A DNA stretch of 64,000 nt from Bacteroidales bacterium (GTDB lineage: Bacteria > Bacteroidota > Bacteroidia > Bacteroidales > FEN-979), in assembly GCA_963682005.1 (NCBI GenBank), contig OY820914.1, positions 4,644,979 through 4,708,978 on the forward strand, given 5' to 3'. The translations under genes were made by a program, and so were the position numbers. Shown in pieces: positions 41,200-52,806 of the stretch (position 1 is the first letter of the stretch; each line of letters starts with the position of its first letter). The notes beneath the pieces were generated by a model, which searched no databases, had not been told where the DNA came from, and was given only the letters and a program-made list of their open reading frames with translations.

Positions 41200-42338
41200 T
41201 GTTGAGCATGAAGAACCCGGTCCCTTCTGATATTTCTCGTATTTTTTCCTGTTTTGACACGGGTCATACCTTCAGTACGGCGAGTGTAATCGGGACAGGT
41301 CATATCAATGATTCATACCTGATCACAACGGAAAATCCTGCAGCCAGCTTTGTCCTGCAACGGATAAATGATTCCATCTTCAGGGATATTCCGGGGCTGA
41401 TGAATAATATTCTTATTGTAACGAGGCATATTGCACAGAAAACAGAGACAGGGCATGGGACTCTGTCAGGGTCCGGGACTCTGACAGGGTCCCAACAATT
41501 CCTCAGAGTTATTCCTGCCCGGGAAGGCTCTTCTTACCACACCGATATCAATGGCAGCTTCTGGCGGCTCTATAACCATATCAGTAACAGCCATTGTTAC
41601 GACCGGATCACAAACCCCGGCCTTGCCCGTGAAGCAGGCCGGATGCTCGGGAAATTCCTCTGTCTTACCAATGATATCCCCGTCAACAAACTGGTTGAGA
41701 CCATTCCCCGTTTTCACGACGTGAAGAAACGACTGAACTCATTTAGAAATACTGTGGAAAAGGATCCTGCGGGGCGAGTCAGTAGCGCCTCCGTTGAAAT
41801 TTCGTTCGTTGAAAAACGGTCTTCTGAAATGTCTGGTTTCTTCGATCTGTGCAATTCGGACAGCATTCCGCTAAGGATTGTACACAATGACACCAAAATC
41901 AATAATATCCTGTTCAACGATAAAAATCAGGCCATTTGCCTGGTTGACCTGGATACCGTGATGCCAGGAATCGCCCTCTTCGATTTTGGTGACGCGATCA
42001 GGACAGGTGCCAACAAGGGTGATGAGGATGATGAAAGCCTTGAGAAAGTTGGCATCAACCTCAGCCTTTTTGAACAATATGCTGCGGGATACCTTGAAAC
42101 CGCTGGTCCTGTTCTCACCGGCACAGAAAAGGAACACCTGGCCTTCCCGGCCATGTATATGACTTACATCATCGGGCTCCGCTTCCTGACTGACTACCTT
42201 GACGGAGATATTTATTACAGGATCCATTACCCGGGCCACAATCTTCAACGGGCAAAAGCCCAGTTCAGGCTGCTTTCGACTATGGAGGAGCAATTTCCAG
42301 AGATGAAGAAGATTGCCGATGAATTGATCCTCCAGTGA
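41199..42338 (+). CDS. nahK: N-acetylhexosamine 1-kinase-like APH-family kinase (NahK homologue)
   Basis: IPLRIVHNDTKINNILF, VDLDTVMPGIALFDFGDAIR and RFLTDYLDGDIYY..YPGHNL closely match my recollection of Bifidobacterium NahK. The ATG overlaps the lacZ stop (TAATG). Confidence 0.75.
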
Positions 42339-42520
42339 TCCGGCCTGCTCCTGAGTAACGGCATTAACTAAAGAGAGCACAAGCAAGACACAATTGGCAC
42401 AAAGTGAATGACCGGTTTTCATTTCCTTCGTGTAACTTCGTGATGATCTTCGTGAGCTTCGCGAAATTGCTTTTATAAGTTAATATTGATGAAGGCCAAC
42501 ATTGATGATGTTCTATTGAT

Positions 42521-42528
42521 TAATTTTG
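42521..42528 (+). promoter_or_regulatory. Candidate Bacteroidota -7 promoter box (TAnnTTTG)
   Basis: TAATTTTG lies 16 nt upstream of the ATG at 42544, implying a very short leader. This is a motif match only. Confidence 0.25.
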
Positions 42529-42543
42529 GAAAAAATATTTGTT

Positions 42544-44907
42544 ATGCGGAATAAAATTATCATCCTTCTATTTTCTATCCTCTATACACTATCCACATCC
42601 GGAGCGACAAAAGAGCCAACCAAACCTGCACTCAACATCATCCCCAAACCTGAATCCGTCAGGATTCTTCCGGGGAACTTTACCCTGGGCGAAGGCACGA
42701 TCCTGCTGATCACCGGTGTCGATACTGATTTGGTGAAGAATGCCATATCTCTTTCGAGGATCATACGGTTCGCGAGGGGACCGGTCATCATGAACGAAGA
42801 GATAAAGGAATCAAAAGCGATCACCTCCTTTGTTGAACTATCGATCACGCCGAAAACCGATCCGCTGGCGAGGGAAGGATATAAGATAAAAGTGACGAAA
42901 AACAAAGTTACCATCACCAGCGGAGGCGGGCCCGGGTTGTTTTACGGTATCCAGACCTTCCTGCAGATGCTTCCTTCAGAAGTCTGCGACCCTGTAACAC
43001 GAAGCACTTTCAATAACTGGAAGATACCGTGCTGTGAGATCAAAGATAAGCCTCGTTATCCTTACCGCGGAATGCATCTCGATGTTTCCCGGCATTTTTT
43101 CCCAAAAGAGTTCATTAAAAAGTACATCGACCTGATCTCCATGTATAAGATGAATACCTTTCACTGGCACCTGACAGATGACCATGGCTGGCGGATTGAG
43201 ATCAAAAAATACCCGAAGCTTACGGAAATCGGAGCATGGCGCGTTGACAGGGAAAACCTGCCATGGATGGAACGGCCTGTACCAGGTCCCGGAGAGAAAG
43301 CTACATACGGAGGTTTCTATACCCAGGATGATATCCGCGAGATCGTTGCCTATGCAAACAGCAAATACGTCACCATCATCCCTGAGATCGAAATGCCGGC
43401 TCATTGCCTTGCGGCACTGGCAGCCTACCCTGAACTTTCCTGCACCGGCGGCCCCTTTTATGTGGCTCCCGGAAGTTATTGGCCTAATGTGGATATCTTC
43501 TGTGCCGGGAATGATTCAACATTTGCTTTTCTTGAGGGAGTGCTCGCCGAGATCATCCCGTTGTTCCCGTCCCGATACATTCATATCGGGGGCGATGAAG
43601 CGGAAAAGTCCCGCTGGAAAACCTGTCCGAAATGCCAGTCCAGGATGAAATCCGAAGGTTTGAAGAACGAAAAAGAGCTTCAAAGCTATTTTATCAAGCG
43701 GATAGAGAAATTCCTCATTTCGAAGAACAAAAAACTGATCGGATGGGACGAGATCCTTGAAGGGGGACTTGCACCTGAAGCAACAGTGATGTCATGGCGT
43801 GGCATTGAAGGTGGTATTTCAGCTGCAAGACAAGGGCACAATGTGATCATGACACCTTCCCCCTATTGTTATTTCGACTTTTACCAGTCTGATCCCTCAT
43901 TTGAGCCCAAAGCGATCGGCGGAATGACAACATTGAAAAAAGTCTATTCCTTTGAACCTACCCCGCATGAATTAAATCCAACCCAGGCCAGATTCATCCT
44001 GGGTGCACAGGGGAACCTCTGGACGGAGTACATCTCCACACCTGAACATGCCGAATACATGGCCGTGCCTAGGATGATTGCCCTTTCAGAGGTTGTCTGG
44101 TCACCGAAAAAAGCAAGGAACTGGGATGATTTCAGGGAGCGGCTGGATGTTCAGTTTGCACGGCTTGGCTACCTGAATGTAAATTATTCAAAGGGTTCTT
44201 TTCGTGTGGATGTAAAAACATACCTTGATAAAGCAACCGGAACAATGAAAGCCCGGTTGACCTCCGAGCAGCCAGGCTGCCAGATAAGATACACACTCGA
44301 CGGGAATGATCCCACAGGAGATTCTCGGGTTTATGAGAAGCCTGTCGATATCCTGAAGAACTCGTACCTGAAAGCAGGGATCTTTGTAGATGGCAAGCTT
44401 CGTGGAAAACTTACCGAACGGAATATCCTCATCCATAAAGCTTCCGGGAAAAAGGTTAGCTACCTGCAGCCTTACTCTTACAGGTATGCTGCAAACGGCG
44501 ATGTCACCCTGGTTGACGGGATCCGGGGTACGACCGATCACCGGCAGGACTGGCTTGGGTTCCTTGGTAATGACATGGATGTTGTGATCGATCTGAAGAC
44601 CCCAACCCCGATAAAAACCGTCTTCGTTACATTTCTTCACGATCCTGACAAATGGATATTCTTTCCTGATTCTGTTACCTTTTCATTATCCTCCAACGGG
44701 AAACAATACCATTCGGTCAATGAACAACGGAATGATGTTTCCCAGAAGGAAAAAGGACCTGTTATCAAATTATTCTCGCAAACTTATCCCGACACACCTG
44801 CACGATATATCCGGGTACATGCCAAAAATGTCGGGACCTGTCCTTCGTGGCATGAAGGAAATGGAGAACCCTGCTGGCTTTTTGCGGATGAAATCGTGGT
44901 ATACTAA
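42544..44907 (+). CDS. GH20 beta-N-acetylhexosaminidase with C-terminal discoidin/F5-8 type C-like domain
   Basis: RGMHLDVSRHF, the HWHLTDDHGWR and HIGGDE catalytic pair region, and GAQGNLWTEY. I prefer the ATG at 42544 (MRNKIIILLFSILY signal) over the TTG at 42526. Confidence 0.9.
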   Translation: MRNKIIILLFSILYTLSTSGATKEPTKPALNIIPKPESVRILPGNFTLGEGTILLITGVDTDLVKNAISLSRIIRFARGPVIMNEEIKESKAITSFVELSITPKTDPLAREGYKIKVTKNKVTITSGGGPGLFYGIQTFLQMLPSEVCDPVTRSTFNNWKIPCCEIKDKPRYPYRGMHLDVSRHFFPKEFIKKYIDLISMYKMNTFHWHLTDDHGWRIEIKKYPKLTEIGAWRVDRENLPWMERPVPGPGEKATYGGFYTQDDIREIVAYANSKYVTIIPEIEMPAHCLAALAAYPELSCTGGPFYVAPGSYWPNVDIFCAGNDSTFAFLEGVLAEIIPLFPSRYIHIGGDEAEKSRWKTCPKCQSRMKSEGLKNEKELQSYFIKRIEKFLISKNKKLIGWDEILEGGLAPEATVMSWRGIEGGISAARQGHNVIMTPSPYCYFDFYQSDPSFEPKAIGGMTTLKKVYSFEPTPHELNPTQARFILGAQGNLWTEYISTPEHAEYMAVPRMIALSEVVWSPKKARNWDDFRERLDVQFARLGYLNVNYSKGSFRVDVKTYLDKATGTMKARLTSEQPGCQIRYTLDGNDPTGDSRVYEKPVDILKNSYLKAGIFVDGKLRGKLTERNILIHKASGKKVSYLQPYSYRYAANGDVTLVDGIRGTTDHRQDWLGFLGNDMDVVIDLKTPTPIKTVFVTFLHDPDKWIFFPDSVTFSLSSNGKQYHSVNEQRNDVSQKEKGPVIKLFSQTYPDTPARYIRVHAKNVGTCPSWHEGNGEPCWLFADEIVVY

Positions 44908-45042
44908 TGTTCCGCGCTTCGGGCAACCGGCTTCTCTTTTAATTATGAATGTTGAGTTTTAATCAGGAATTATGAGACATGTAAATATACCATTTTCAGT
45001 CCTCTGTGATCTCATCTTCAGACCTAAGACCTCAAAAAAACC

Positions 45043-46347
45043 ATGACTGCAATAAAACTATTCATCTTCTGGATGCTCATCTTCTGGATACCAACCCTGG
45101 TGTATTCCCAGGATTATTCGACCGGATTTTCAGACTATGGATTCATTAATCAGAAACTATCCAGGGAGGAATATCGTGAAATCATAACCAACCAGACAAT
45201 TTCTATTGAAAAGGATTCAGGAAATGTTAATGCCCTCGTAAAACGTGGTAATTCTTATATGATGTTGTCTCTGTTCGACAGTGCAATTTCGGATTTACAA
45301 AGAGCCATTTTACTTAATCCCAGGAAAATGTCAGCCTATTTTTCACTTGCAGGTATTTATGGTATTTTGAAAACTCCATCCAAGGTTTCAGAATTTCTCA
45401 CCAAAGCAAAGCTGATCGGGCCGAAAGATGCTTTTAATTATTTTCTTTGCGGTAATTTTTATGAAATGCTGCAAGAATATGACAGTGCCATCATAAATTA
45501 TTCAAAATCGATTGATCTTAATAAAAGGTTTTCTGATTCGTACCGTCAGCGCGGCTGGAGCTATTATAAGCTAAAGGATTTTAACAAAGCATTGGAAGAT
45601 CTTGATATCGCTATCATGCTCCACGATGATGATACAACGGCTTATTACAAACGTGCGCTTGTTTATGTTTCGTTAAAACAAGAGGCGAAAGCCATTGGAG
45701 ATGCTGACAAGCTTGTACCGCCAAACTCGGTAAATCCAAATGACTACTTTTCCCGTGGATATATAAATGAAAAACTGAGCAGAAATGACTTTGCGATCTC
45801 AGATTATACGAGGGCAATCGAATTAGCACCCCGGAATCCGGAAGGATTCTATTACCGGGGAAGGCTTTACAGGAAAAAAGGTCAATACAGGAATGCACAA
45901 AGAGACCTGGCAAAAGCAATTGAGCTGGATTCCAAAAACCCCAGGTACTACCTTGGTCTTGGAAGTGTATATTCACGGATGGCGAGGTTCGATTCTGCGA
46001 TCTATATAATGAAAAAAGGATTGGAACTAGACACAGCGAATTATAGGTTTTATGATAATATCGGATACTCGTACCTTGGGACCGGGAATAATCAGAAAGC
46101 CCTGATAAGTTTCAAAAAATGTTTGCAAATCAATGAAAAATCATTTGATGCAATGCTTGGATCATGTATTGCCTGCTACTACATGAATGACAAACCCTCT
46201 TCAAAAAGATACCTCGAAAGGGCAAAACTTTCTGAACCAAAAATAAAAAAGGGCATGGCAGGGTTAGAGGAACTTGAACAGGAAGGTTTCTCCTGGACTC
46301 ATAAAAACAAAGAAACCCTTAGGAAAATTTTTCTTGAATTCAAGTAA
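45043..46347 (+). CDS. Secreted TPR-repeat protein
   Basis: Signal peptide, then about 9 TPR units (for example AISDYTRAIELAPRNPEGFYYRGRLYRKKGQY). Confidence 0.7.
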   Translation: MTAIKLFIFWMLIFWIPTLVYSQDYSTGFSDYGFINQKLSREEYREIITNQTISIEKDSGNVNALVKRGNSYMMLSLFDSAISDLQRAILLNPRKMSAYFSLAGIYGILKTPSKVSEFLTKAKLIGPKDAFNYFLCGNFYEMLQEYDSAIINYSKSIDLNKRFSDSYRQRGWSYYKLKDFNKALEDLDIAIMLHDDDTTAYYKRALVYVSLKQEAKAIGDADKLVPPNSVNPNDYFSRGYINEKLSRNDFAISDYTRAIELAPRNPEGFYYRGRLYRKKGQYRNAQRDLAKAIELDSKNPRYYLGLGSVYSRMARFDSAIYIMKKGLELDTANYRFYDNIGYSYLGTGNNQKALISFKKCLQINEKSFDAMLGSCIACYYMNDKPSSKRYLERAKLSEPKIKKGMAGLEELEQEGFSWTHKNKETLRKIFLEFK

Positions 46348-46665
46348 AAGAACCGATCCCGGTTTCAACTGTAATCCGGAGCAGGCAATACCTTTCACTT
46401 CCCGTTCTTCGAGTTCTGTCAATTTATCGCATAAAAATATTCCTGAAAAAAAAATTTCAGGATGCTTCATTTAATATTGTTATGGTCATATTTACCCTGG
46501 CTCTCACTCCTAGATGTCAGTTTTTTCGCTACAATATTAAGGGTCTTAAGCTGCAAGAATTCTATTTCAAGCCACCAGCATAGTAATCAGACATCATGAA
46601 ATCGGGTTGAGGGTTTCTTTGTAAAGAAAAGAGACAATAAATAATCTCCGCTCTGCAAATATTAG

Positions 46666-46673
46666 TACCTTTG
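46666..46673 (+). promoter_or_regulatory. Candidate Bacteroidota -7 promoter box (TAnnTTTG)
   Basis: TACCTTTG lies 41 nt upstream of the ATG at 46714. This is a motif match only. Confidence 0.3.
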
Positions 46674-46713
46674 TGCCACCTAACTTTTTGACCTTGGGTT
46701 ATCTCCCCGTACT

Positions 46714-47742
46714 ATGAAAACGTCCTCTTCAAAAGGCAATTCAAGACTAAAAATCCTGATTCCCGTTACACTCTCGACGATAATCGTCATTGTTGCAGCA
46801 AGTTTGCATGTCTATTTTTTTGAAAAGAGACTGGCTAAAGAAGCAAAAGCAAATGCGGAGCTGCAGGCAGATTGCCCATCATCCCTGAACCTTGTCAGGG
46901 AAATGGACAAGGAATTGACGCATAGGCTGTATCTTGCGGATGTTTCAACTGAATCCCAGAAATACTTTTCATTGAAAGAGCAGCTCGCGCAGATCATACA
47001 AAACCGGAAGCATACCGGGAGAATCGGGTCCGTTTCGGTTTACTTCAGGAATATGAATGACGCCAGCTGGATGAGTATTGACTGTGACAAGAATTATTAC
47101 CCCGGATCTCTGATGAAAGTTCCAATTATGATCTATTACCTGAAGAAAGAAGAACAACATCCGGGATACCTGAACAGGGAGCTTCTTTATACAAATAAGG
47201 CTAACGGAAAAATAGCCCAATCTTTCCAGGGCGATTCGATCCATCCAAATAAAAAATACAAGATATCGGAACTGTTGTATTACATGATCGCTGAATCCGA
47301 TAATAATGCAACATCGATACTGGGTGATAACCTTGAACCGAAAGAATTCCAGAAAATTTTTTCAGATCTGGAACTGCCGGCGTGCAACCTTGACAACTTC
47401 GATTATTCTATCAGCCCACGGGAATTTGCCAAATTTTTCCGTGTCCTTTACAATACATCCTATCTTGGAGAACGGCTGAGTGAATATGCCCTGGAACTCC
47501 TGTCAAAATCAAAATTCAATGAAGGGATTTCAAGAAAACTACCTTCAAATCTAACCATTGCCAGGAAATTTGGTGAGCGGACCACAAGGAACAGCAATGA
47601 TTTCTCTGAATCTGCAATAGTTTATCTTAACGATGAACCTTATCTGCTTACGATCATGACGGAGGGAAATAATGTGGTAGATCAGACGGAGCTTATCAGC
47701 GAGATTTCATTCCAGGTATTTCAGTCAGTTGCTCATAATTGA
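46714..47742 (+). CDS. Membrane-anchored class A beta-lactamase-fold serine hydrolase (function unknown)
   Basis: N-terminal TM. SxxK as SLMK within GSLMKVPIM, and SDN as ESDNNA. The KTG box is not clear (RKFGE). Confidence 0.6.
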   Translation: MKTSSSKGNSRLKILIPVTLSTIIVIVAASLHVYFFEKRLAKEAKANAELQADCPSSLNLVREMDKELTHRLYLADVSTESQKYFSLKEQLAQIIQNRKHTGRIGSVSVYFRNMNDASWMSIDCDKNYYPGSLMKVPIMIYYLKKEEQHPGYLNRELLYTNKANGKIAQSFQGDSIHPNKKYKISELLYYMIAESDNNATSILGDNLEPKEFQKIFSDLELPACNLDNFDYSISPREFAKFFRVLYNTSYLGERLSEYALELLSKSKFNEGISRKLPSNLTIARKFGERTTRNSNDFSESAIVYLNDEPYLLTIMTEGNNVVDQTELISEISFQVFQSVAHN

Positions 47743-47743
47743 T

Positions 47744-47886
47744 CAGGCTGCAGGCTGCAGGCTGCAAGCTCCAGGCTTCAAGCTTCAGGCAGAAAGCTAT
47801 TTTCTCTATTCTCTATTCTCTATTCTCTGTTTTCCTTCCTCTGACCTCTGACCTCCGACCTCTGACCTCTGACTCCCGACTTCAGA
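47744..47886. repeat. Composite tandem 7-bp array: CAGGCTG-type x7, CTATTCT x4, CTCTGAC-type x7
   Basis: Read directly. It occupies essentially the whole convergent spacer between the stops at 47742 and 47898. Confidence 0.95.
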
Positions 47887-47897
47887 CAAACAATCAA

Positions 47898-48461
47898 CTA
47901 GACCGTCATAATATCCTTCTCCTTAACTTCGAATACCTTATCAACTTTGATGATGAATTCGTCGGTCAGTTTCTGGATCAGTGCTTCCAGCTTTTCCGTT
48001 TCATCTTCAGGGACGCCATCCTTTTCAAGTTTCTTTGAAGTATCCATTGCAATACGACGGATGTTCCGGATGCTGATCCTTGCATTTTCGGCTTCTGCTT
48101 TGGCCCTTTTTACAAGGTCTTTACGTCTTTCTTCCGTCAGGGCGGGTACAATGATCCGAAGGATTTCACCTTCATTTTTCGGGTTAAATCCAAGATTTGC
48201 TGCCATGATGGCTTTCTCGATCAGGCCCATCACACTCTTATCCCACGGCTGGACAATGATCTGTCGCGGATCCGGGGTATTGATGTTGGCTGTCTGATCA
48301 ATGGGAGTCAACGTCCCGTAGTAGTCGATTTTCACTCCTTCCAGCATCTGCGGGCTTGCCTTCCCTGCCCGGATTTTCTGAAACTCATGTTCAAGGTGCA
48401 CCAGGGCATTCTCCATCCCTTCCTTTGCTTCAGCTAAACAGAATTCGACTTCTTCATGCAT
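47898..48461 (-). CDS. frr: Ribosome recycling factor
   Basis: 187 aa, with typical RRF sequence (RAGKASPQMLEGVKIDYYG...NLGFNP...IRIIVPALTEERRKDLVK). Confidence 0.95.
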   Translation of the reverse strand: MHEEVEFCLAEAKEGMENALVHLEHEFQKIRAGKASPQMLEGVKIDYYGTLTPIDQTANINTPDPRQIIVQPWDKSVMGLIEKAIMAANLGFNPKNEGEILRIIVPALTEERRKDLVKRAKAEAENARISIRNIRRIAMDTSKKLEKDGVPEDETEKLEALIQKLTDEFIIKVDKVFEVKEKDIMTV

Positions 48462-48549
48462 GGTATTTCAGGTTTTCAATGTTGTTACAAAAATAAAACA
48501 ATATTCGGAATTATTACAGGCTCCGGGCCTCGGGCGCCGGGTTTCAAAT

Positions 48550-48605
48550 TTCTATTTTCCATCCTCTATTATCTGTCATCTATCTTCTATTCTCAGTCTT
48601 CAGTT
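48550..48605. repeat. Degenerate tandem 7-bp repeat (TTCTATT / ATCTATC / CTCAGTC), about 8 units
   Basis: Read directly. It lies in the spacer between the frr start and the pyrH stop. Confidence 0.75.
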
Positions 48606-48651
48606 CTCCATGACAACCGACCGCACGCAACTCGCAGCCCGAAGCTCGCAG

Positions 48652-49356
48652 CTATCGAACCAGCGTCCCAACCTTCTCCCCGCGAATAACCTTGAGAAGG
48701 TTGCCAGATACATTCATGTCGAAAACAACGATCGGGAGTTTATTTTCCCTGCAAAGTGTGAATGCCGTAAGATCCATGATCTTCAGGTTTTTCTCATAAG
48801 CTTGGTCGAAGGAAAGTGAATCAAATTTCGTTGCGGTCTTATCCTTTTCAGGATCCGCTGTATATACACCATCCACACGGGTTCCTTTTAAAAGCGCATC
48901 TGCACCAATTTCAACAGCCCTTAATGCAGAAGCTGAATCCGTGGTAAAGAAGGGATTTCCCGTACCACCGCTGATGATCACCACATATCCCTGGTCAAGG
49001 TAATCGATGGCTTTGCGCCTGCTCATTGATTCACACAAAGGATCAATAGCAATGCCACCCAATACTTTTGCGCGTATCCCTGTCTTTTCCAGTGCTGATT
49101 GTAAGGCAAGACTATTAATGACGGTGGCCAGCATTCCCATGTAATCGCCCTGTACCCGGTCCATTCCCGAATTTGTCCCCTGTAATCCCCTGAAAATATT
49201 ACCACCGCCGATCACTATAGCCACCTGGACTTTTTCATCAACGATCGATTTTACATCAGCTGCATAATCGGACAACCTTTCCGGGTCAATGCCATATTGC
49301 TGATTGCCCATCAATGATTCACCGCTTAATTTGAGTAATATCCGGTTGTATTTCAT
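48652..49356 (-). CDS. pyrH: UMP kinase
   Basis: YNRILLKLSGESL, IVIGGGNIFRG and GGTGNPFFTTDSASALRA. I prefer the ATG at 49356 over the TTG at 49374. Confidence 0.95.
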   Translation of the reverse strand: MKYNRILLKLSGESLMGNQQYGIDPERLSDYAADVKSIVDEKVQVAIVIGGGNIFRGLQGTNSGMDRVQGDYMGMLATVINSLALQSALEKTGIRAKVLGGIAIDPLCESMSRRKAIDYLDQGYVVIISGGTGNPFFTTDSASALRAVEIGADALLKGTRVDGVYTADPEKDKTATKFDSLSFDQAYEKNLKIMDLTAFTLCRENKLPIVVFDMNVSGNLLKVIRGEKVGTLVR

Positions 49357-49400
49357 GTTGTAATTATTTTTCAAAATCAGGTACGGGTTTACAGTTCTCA

Positions 49401-49464
49401 GTCGGCAGTCGGCAGTCGGCAGTCAATACGTCAATATTCACTATTTCGCTATTTCGCTATTTCG
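49401..49464. repeat. Tandem 7-bp GTCGGCA x3 and tandem 8-bp CTATTTCG x3
   Basis: Read directly. The units are the same as at 7291-7302 and 37972-38043. Confidence 0.9.
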
Positions 49465-49471
49465 CTTTCTG

Positions 49472-52400
49472 TCATGCCGGTGCTCCGACTCCATGACAAT
49501 TTTTGTACTTCTTCCCGCTACCGCATGGACACAGGTCATTACGGCCTACTTTCTTTTCAACATGCACAGGTTGCGGCTTCTGTGGTGCCTGGGTATTGGA
49601 ATTCGCCTGCGACAGGAGGTCTGAACGTTCTTCCTTGTACTTTCCCCTGTCCGTACGCCGTGGCAGGTGTGCTTCCTTTACATTCTGGGGAGCATCGATG
49701 GGCACATCCGAGCGGATCAGGAAGGAGGTGATCTCCTTATTCGTCCGCTGAACCATCCCTTTAAACAGTTCAAAAGATTCGAACTTGTAAATCAGCAAAG
49801 GATCTTTCTGCTCATAGGCCGCATTCTGAACGGACTGCTTCAGGTCGTCCATCTCCCTCAGGTGCTCTTTCCATGCATTATCGATCAGCCCGAGTACGAT
49901 CCCTTTTTCAATGGCCAGCACAACTTCTTTTCCGCCATCTTCATATGATTTCTTCAGGTTCGCGACCACCTGCATGGTTTTTATCCCATCGGTGACCGGA
50001 ACTGCGATATTCTCAAACTTTGTTTCATTTTCAAAGACATGCTTGATAACCGGAAAAGTCTTGCCTGCAATGGATTCACCCTTGGCCTTGTAACGTTTAT
50101 AAACAAAATCATAAAGCTGATCGGCTGCATCACTGCTGTTCAGGGTATAGAATGTCTTTTCATCGAACGGTGAATCGCAGGCAAATTCCTTCAGCATTTC
50201 CAGTTTGAACCCGGCATAATCACGCCTGTCCTGGTGATCCAGTACGACCGTTTCGCAAACATCATAGATCATGTTTGAGATATCGACTGCAAGACGTTCT
50301 CCGAAAAGGGCATGACGGCGTTTTTTATAGATCGCTTCACGCTGGATGTTCATGACATCATCATATTCCAGCAACCTTTTACGTATGCCGAAATTATTTT
50401 CTTCAACCTTTTTCTGAGCTCTTTCGATGGATTTTGTGATCATGGAGTGCTGGATCACCTCTCCTTCCTCGATCCCGAGCCGGTCCATGATCTTGGCGAT
50501 CCGCTCGGAACCGAACATCCGCATCAGATCATCCTCCAGTGATACAAAGAATTGCGAACTGCCGGGGTCACCCTGCCTTCCGGAACGGCCTCTCAACTGG
50601 CGGTCGACACGACGTGAATCATGTCTTTCCGTACCAAAGATCGCGAGTCCTCCGGCTTCCTTGACTCCCTTACCCAGTTTGATGTCCGTACCACGACCTG
50701 CCATGTTCGTTGCAATTGTGACGGTGCCGGCGATACCGGCTTCAGCCACAATATCAGCTTCCTTCTGATGAAGCTTTGCATTCAGGACATTGTGCTTGAT
50801 ATTCTTTCGTTTCAGCATCCTGCTTAGCAACTCTGAAGTTTCGACAGAAGTCGTTCCAACAAGAATGGGTCTTCCCAGGGCAACAAGCTTTTCAATTTCT
50901 TCAATAACGGCGTTGAACTTTTCCCGCTTTGTTTTATAAACGAGATCCTGCCTGTCATCACGCACAACGGGCCGGTTGGTCGGAATGACGATCACATCCA
51001 GTTTATAGATGTTCCAGAATTCTCCTGCTTCCGTTTCTGCAGTACCGGTCATACCAGCAAGTTTCTTGTACATCCTGAAGTAATTCTGCAGGGTGATGGT
51101 GGCATAGGTCTGTGTTGCAGCCTCAACCTTCACACTTTCCTTGGCTTCGATGGCCTGGTGAAGCCCGTCTGAATATCTCCGACCTTCAAGGATACGGCCG
51201 GTTTGTTCATCAACGATCTTTACTTTGTTATCGAGAACAACATACTCCACATCCTTTTCAAAAAGGGCATAGGCTTTCAGCAATTGGTTCACCGTATGAA
51301 CGCGCTCAGACTTGACCGAGTAATCGATCATCAGCTGGTTCTTCTTTTCCAGCTTGTCTTCTTCGGGAAGATTTGTTTGCTCAAGATCTGCCAGTTCATG
51401 GCCAATATCGGGAAGGATGAACAGACTGGGATCCGAATAAGCCTCGGCCAGAAGATCGATCCCTTTATCTGTAAGTTCTATGGTATTGTTTTTTTCATCG
51501 ATCACAAAGTAGAGCTCATCATCGATCACATGCATATTCTTGGCTTGCTCCTGGAGGTAGAAATTCTCCGTTTTCTGCATCAGGGCCCTGATCCCCGGTT
51601 CGCTTAGGAACTTGATCAGGGGTTTGCTCTTCGGAAGTCCGCGAAAGCTCCTGAACGTCTGCTCCCCCGCCTTCTTCATGTTGTCAGGGTTATTCGGATC
51701 CTCACTGAGCGCTTTGGCTTCAGCCAGCAGTTTCGTCACAAGTGTCCGCTGGGCATTGTAAATCTTCACCACATTCGGCTTAAGCTCTTCGAATGCCTGG
51801 TTATCCCCTTTTGGCGTTGGTCCGGAAATAATGAGCGGAGTACGTGCATCGTCGATAAGAACAGAGTCAACCTCATCCACGATGGCGTAGTTATGTGGAC
51901 GTTGAACCATTTCTTCCGGGTTGCCTGTCATATTATCGCGGAGGTAATCGAAGCCGAATTCGTTATTGGTCCCATAGGTAATGTCGGCCAGGTATGCGTT
52001 CCGGCGGGCTTCAGTGTTCGGTTCATGCTTGTCGATGCAGTCAACTTTCAATCCCTGGAACTCAAACAGCATCCCCATCCATTCGGAGTCACGTTTGGCA
52101 AGGTAATCGTTCACCGTCACAATATGAACTCCTTTCCCGGGTAATGCATTCAGGTAGACGGGCAAGGTAGCGACCAGCGTTTTTCCTTCACCGGTAGCCA
52201 TTTCCGCGATCTTTCCCTGGTGAAGTACAATCCCTCCGATGAGCTGAACATCATAATGAACCATATCCCACCGGATCATATTGCCTCCTGCCATCCAGCT
52301 GGAAGAATACCTGGCTTTGTCGCCAATGATCTCAACGTTGTCCTTGCGGGCAGCAAGATCTCTGTCCATCTGTGTCGCCGTGACTTCCACATACTCACTT

Positions 52401-52768
52401 TCAAAAAACCTGCGGGCCGTGTCTTTCATCACTGAAAACGCCTCGGGGAGGATCTCATCCAGGATCTGCTGGGTCATTTCATACGATTCCTTTTCCAGGC
52501 GGTCAAGATCAGTATATAGGTGCTCCTTTTCTTCAATATCCACCTCGTCTGAATTCAACCTGATCTTCAGATCTTCTATCTCCTGTTCTTTAGCTGAAAT
52601 AAAATCCCTGATCCGTTGTCTGAACTCTACCGTTTTTGCTCTCAGCTCATCGTTACTGAGCTTTTTGATCACCTCGTAATGTTCAAGCGCTTTCGCGAGA
52701 ACGGGATTTATGGTTTTGATGTCTCTCTGGGATTTATTGCCCAGGAATTGTTTTAAAATGCCAATCAT
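49472..52768 (-). CDS. secA: Preprotein translocase ATPase SecA
   Basis: 1098 aa. Walker [31 protein letters not shown], and the C-terminal zinc finger [14 protein letters not shown]. Confidence 0.97.
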   Translation of the reverse strand: MIGILKQFLGNKSQRDIKTINPVLAKALEHYEVIKKLSNDELRAKTVEFRQRIRDFISAKEQEIEDLKIRLNSDEVDIEEKEHLYTDLDRLEKESYEMTQQILDEILPEAFSVMKDTARRFFESEYVEVTATQMDRDLAARKDNVEIIGDKARYSSSWMAGGNMIRWDMVHYDVQLIGGIVLHQGKIAEMATGEGKTLVATLPVYLNALPGKGVHIVTVNDYLAKRDSEWMGMLFEFQGLKVDCIDKHEPNTEARRNAYLADITYGTNNEFGFDYLRDNMTGNPEEMVQRPHNYAIVDEVDSVLIDDARTPLIISGPTPKGDNQAFEELKPNVVKIYNAQRTLVTKLLAEAKALSEDPNNPDNMKKAGEQTFRSFRGLPKSKPLIKFLSEPGIRALMQKTENFYLQEQAKNMHVIDDELYFVIDEKNNTIELTDKGIDLLAEAYSDPSLFILPDIGHELADLEQTNLPEEDKLEKKNQLMIDYSVKSERVHTVNQLLKAYALFEKDVEYVVLDNKVKIVDEQTGRILEGRRYSDGLHQAIEAKESVKVEAATQTYATITLQNYFRMYKKLAGMTGTAETEAGEFWNIYKLDVIVIPTNRPVVRDDRQDLVYKTKREKFNAVIEEIEKLVALGRPILVGTTSVETSELLSRMLKRKNIKHNVLNAKLHQKEADIVAEAGIAGTVTIATNMAGRGTDIKLGKGVKEAGGLAIFGTERHDSRRVDRQLRGRSGRQGDPGSSQFFVSLEDDLMRMFGSERIAKIMDRLGIEEGEVIQHSMITKSIERAQKKVEENNFGIRKRLLEYDDVMNIQREAIYKKRRHALFGERLAVDISNMIYDVCETVVLDHQDRRDYAGFKLEMLKEFACDSPFDEKTFYTLNSSDAADQLYDFVYKRYKAKGESIAGKTFPVIKHVFENETKFENIAVPVTDGIKTMQVVANLKKSYEDGGKEVVLAIEKGIVLGLIDNAWKEHLREMDDLKQSVQNAAYEQKDPLLIYKFESFELFKGMVQRTNKEITSFLIRSDVPIDAPQNVKEAHLPRRTDRGKYKEERSDLLSQANSNTQAPQKPQPVHVEKKVGRNDLCPCGSGKKYKNCHGVGAPA

Positions 52769-52806
52769 ATCTTTATATCTTTCGAAGCTCGTTCTTCTTT
52801 TAATAA

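Noticed and set aside
46714-47742. The class A beta-lactamase-fold protein as an antibiotic resistance gene
   Set aside because: SxxK and SDN motifs are present, but the KTG box is not evident and the protein has an N-terminal membrane anchor. I cannot support a resistance call from sequence alone.
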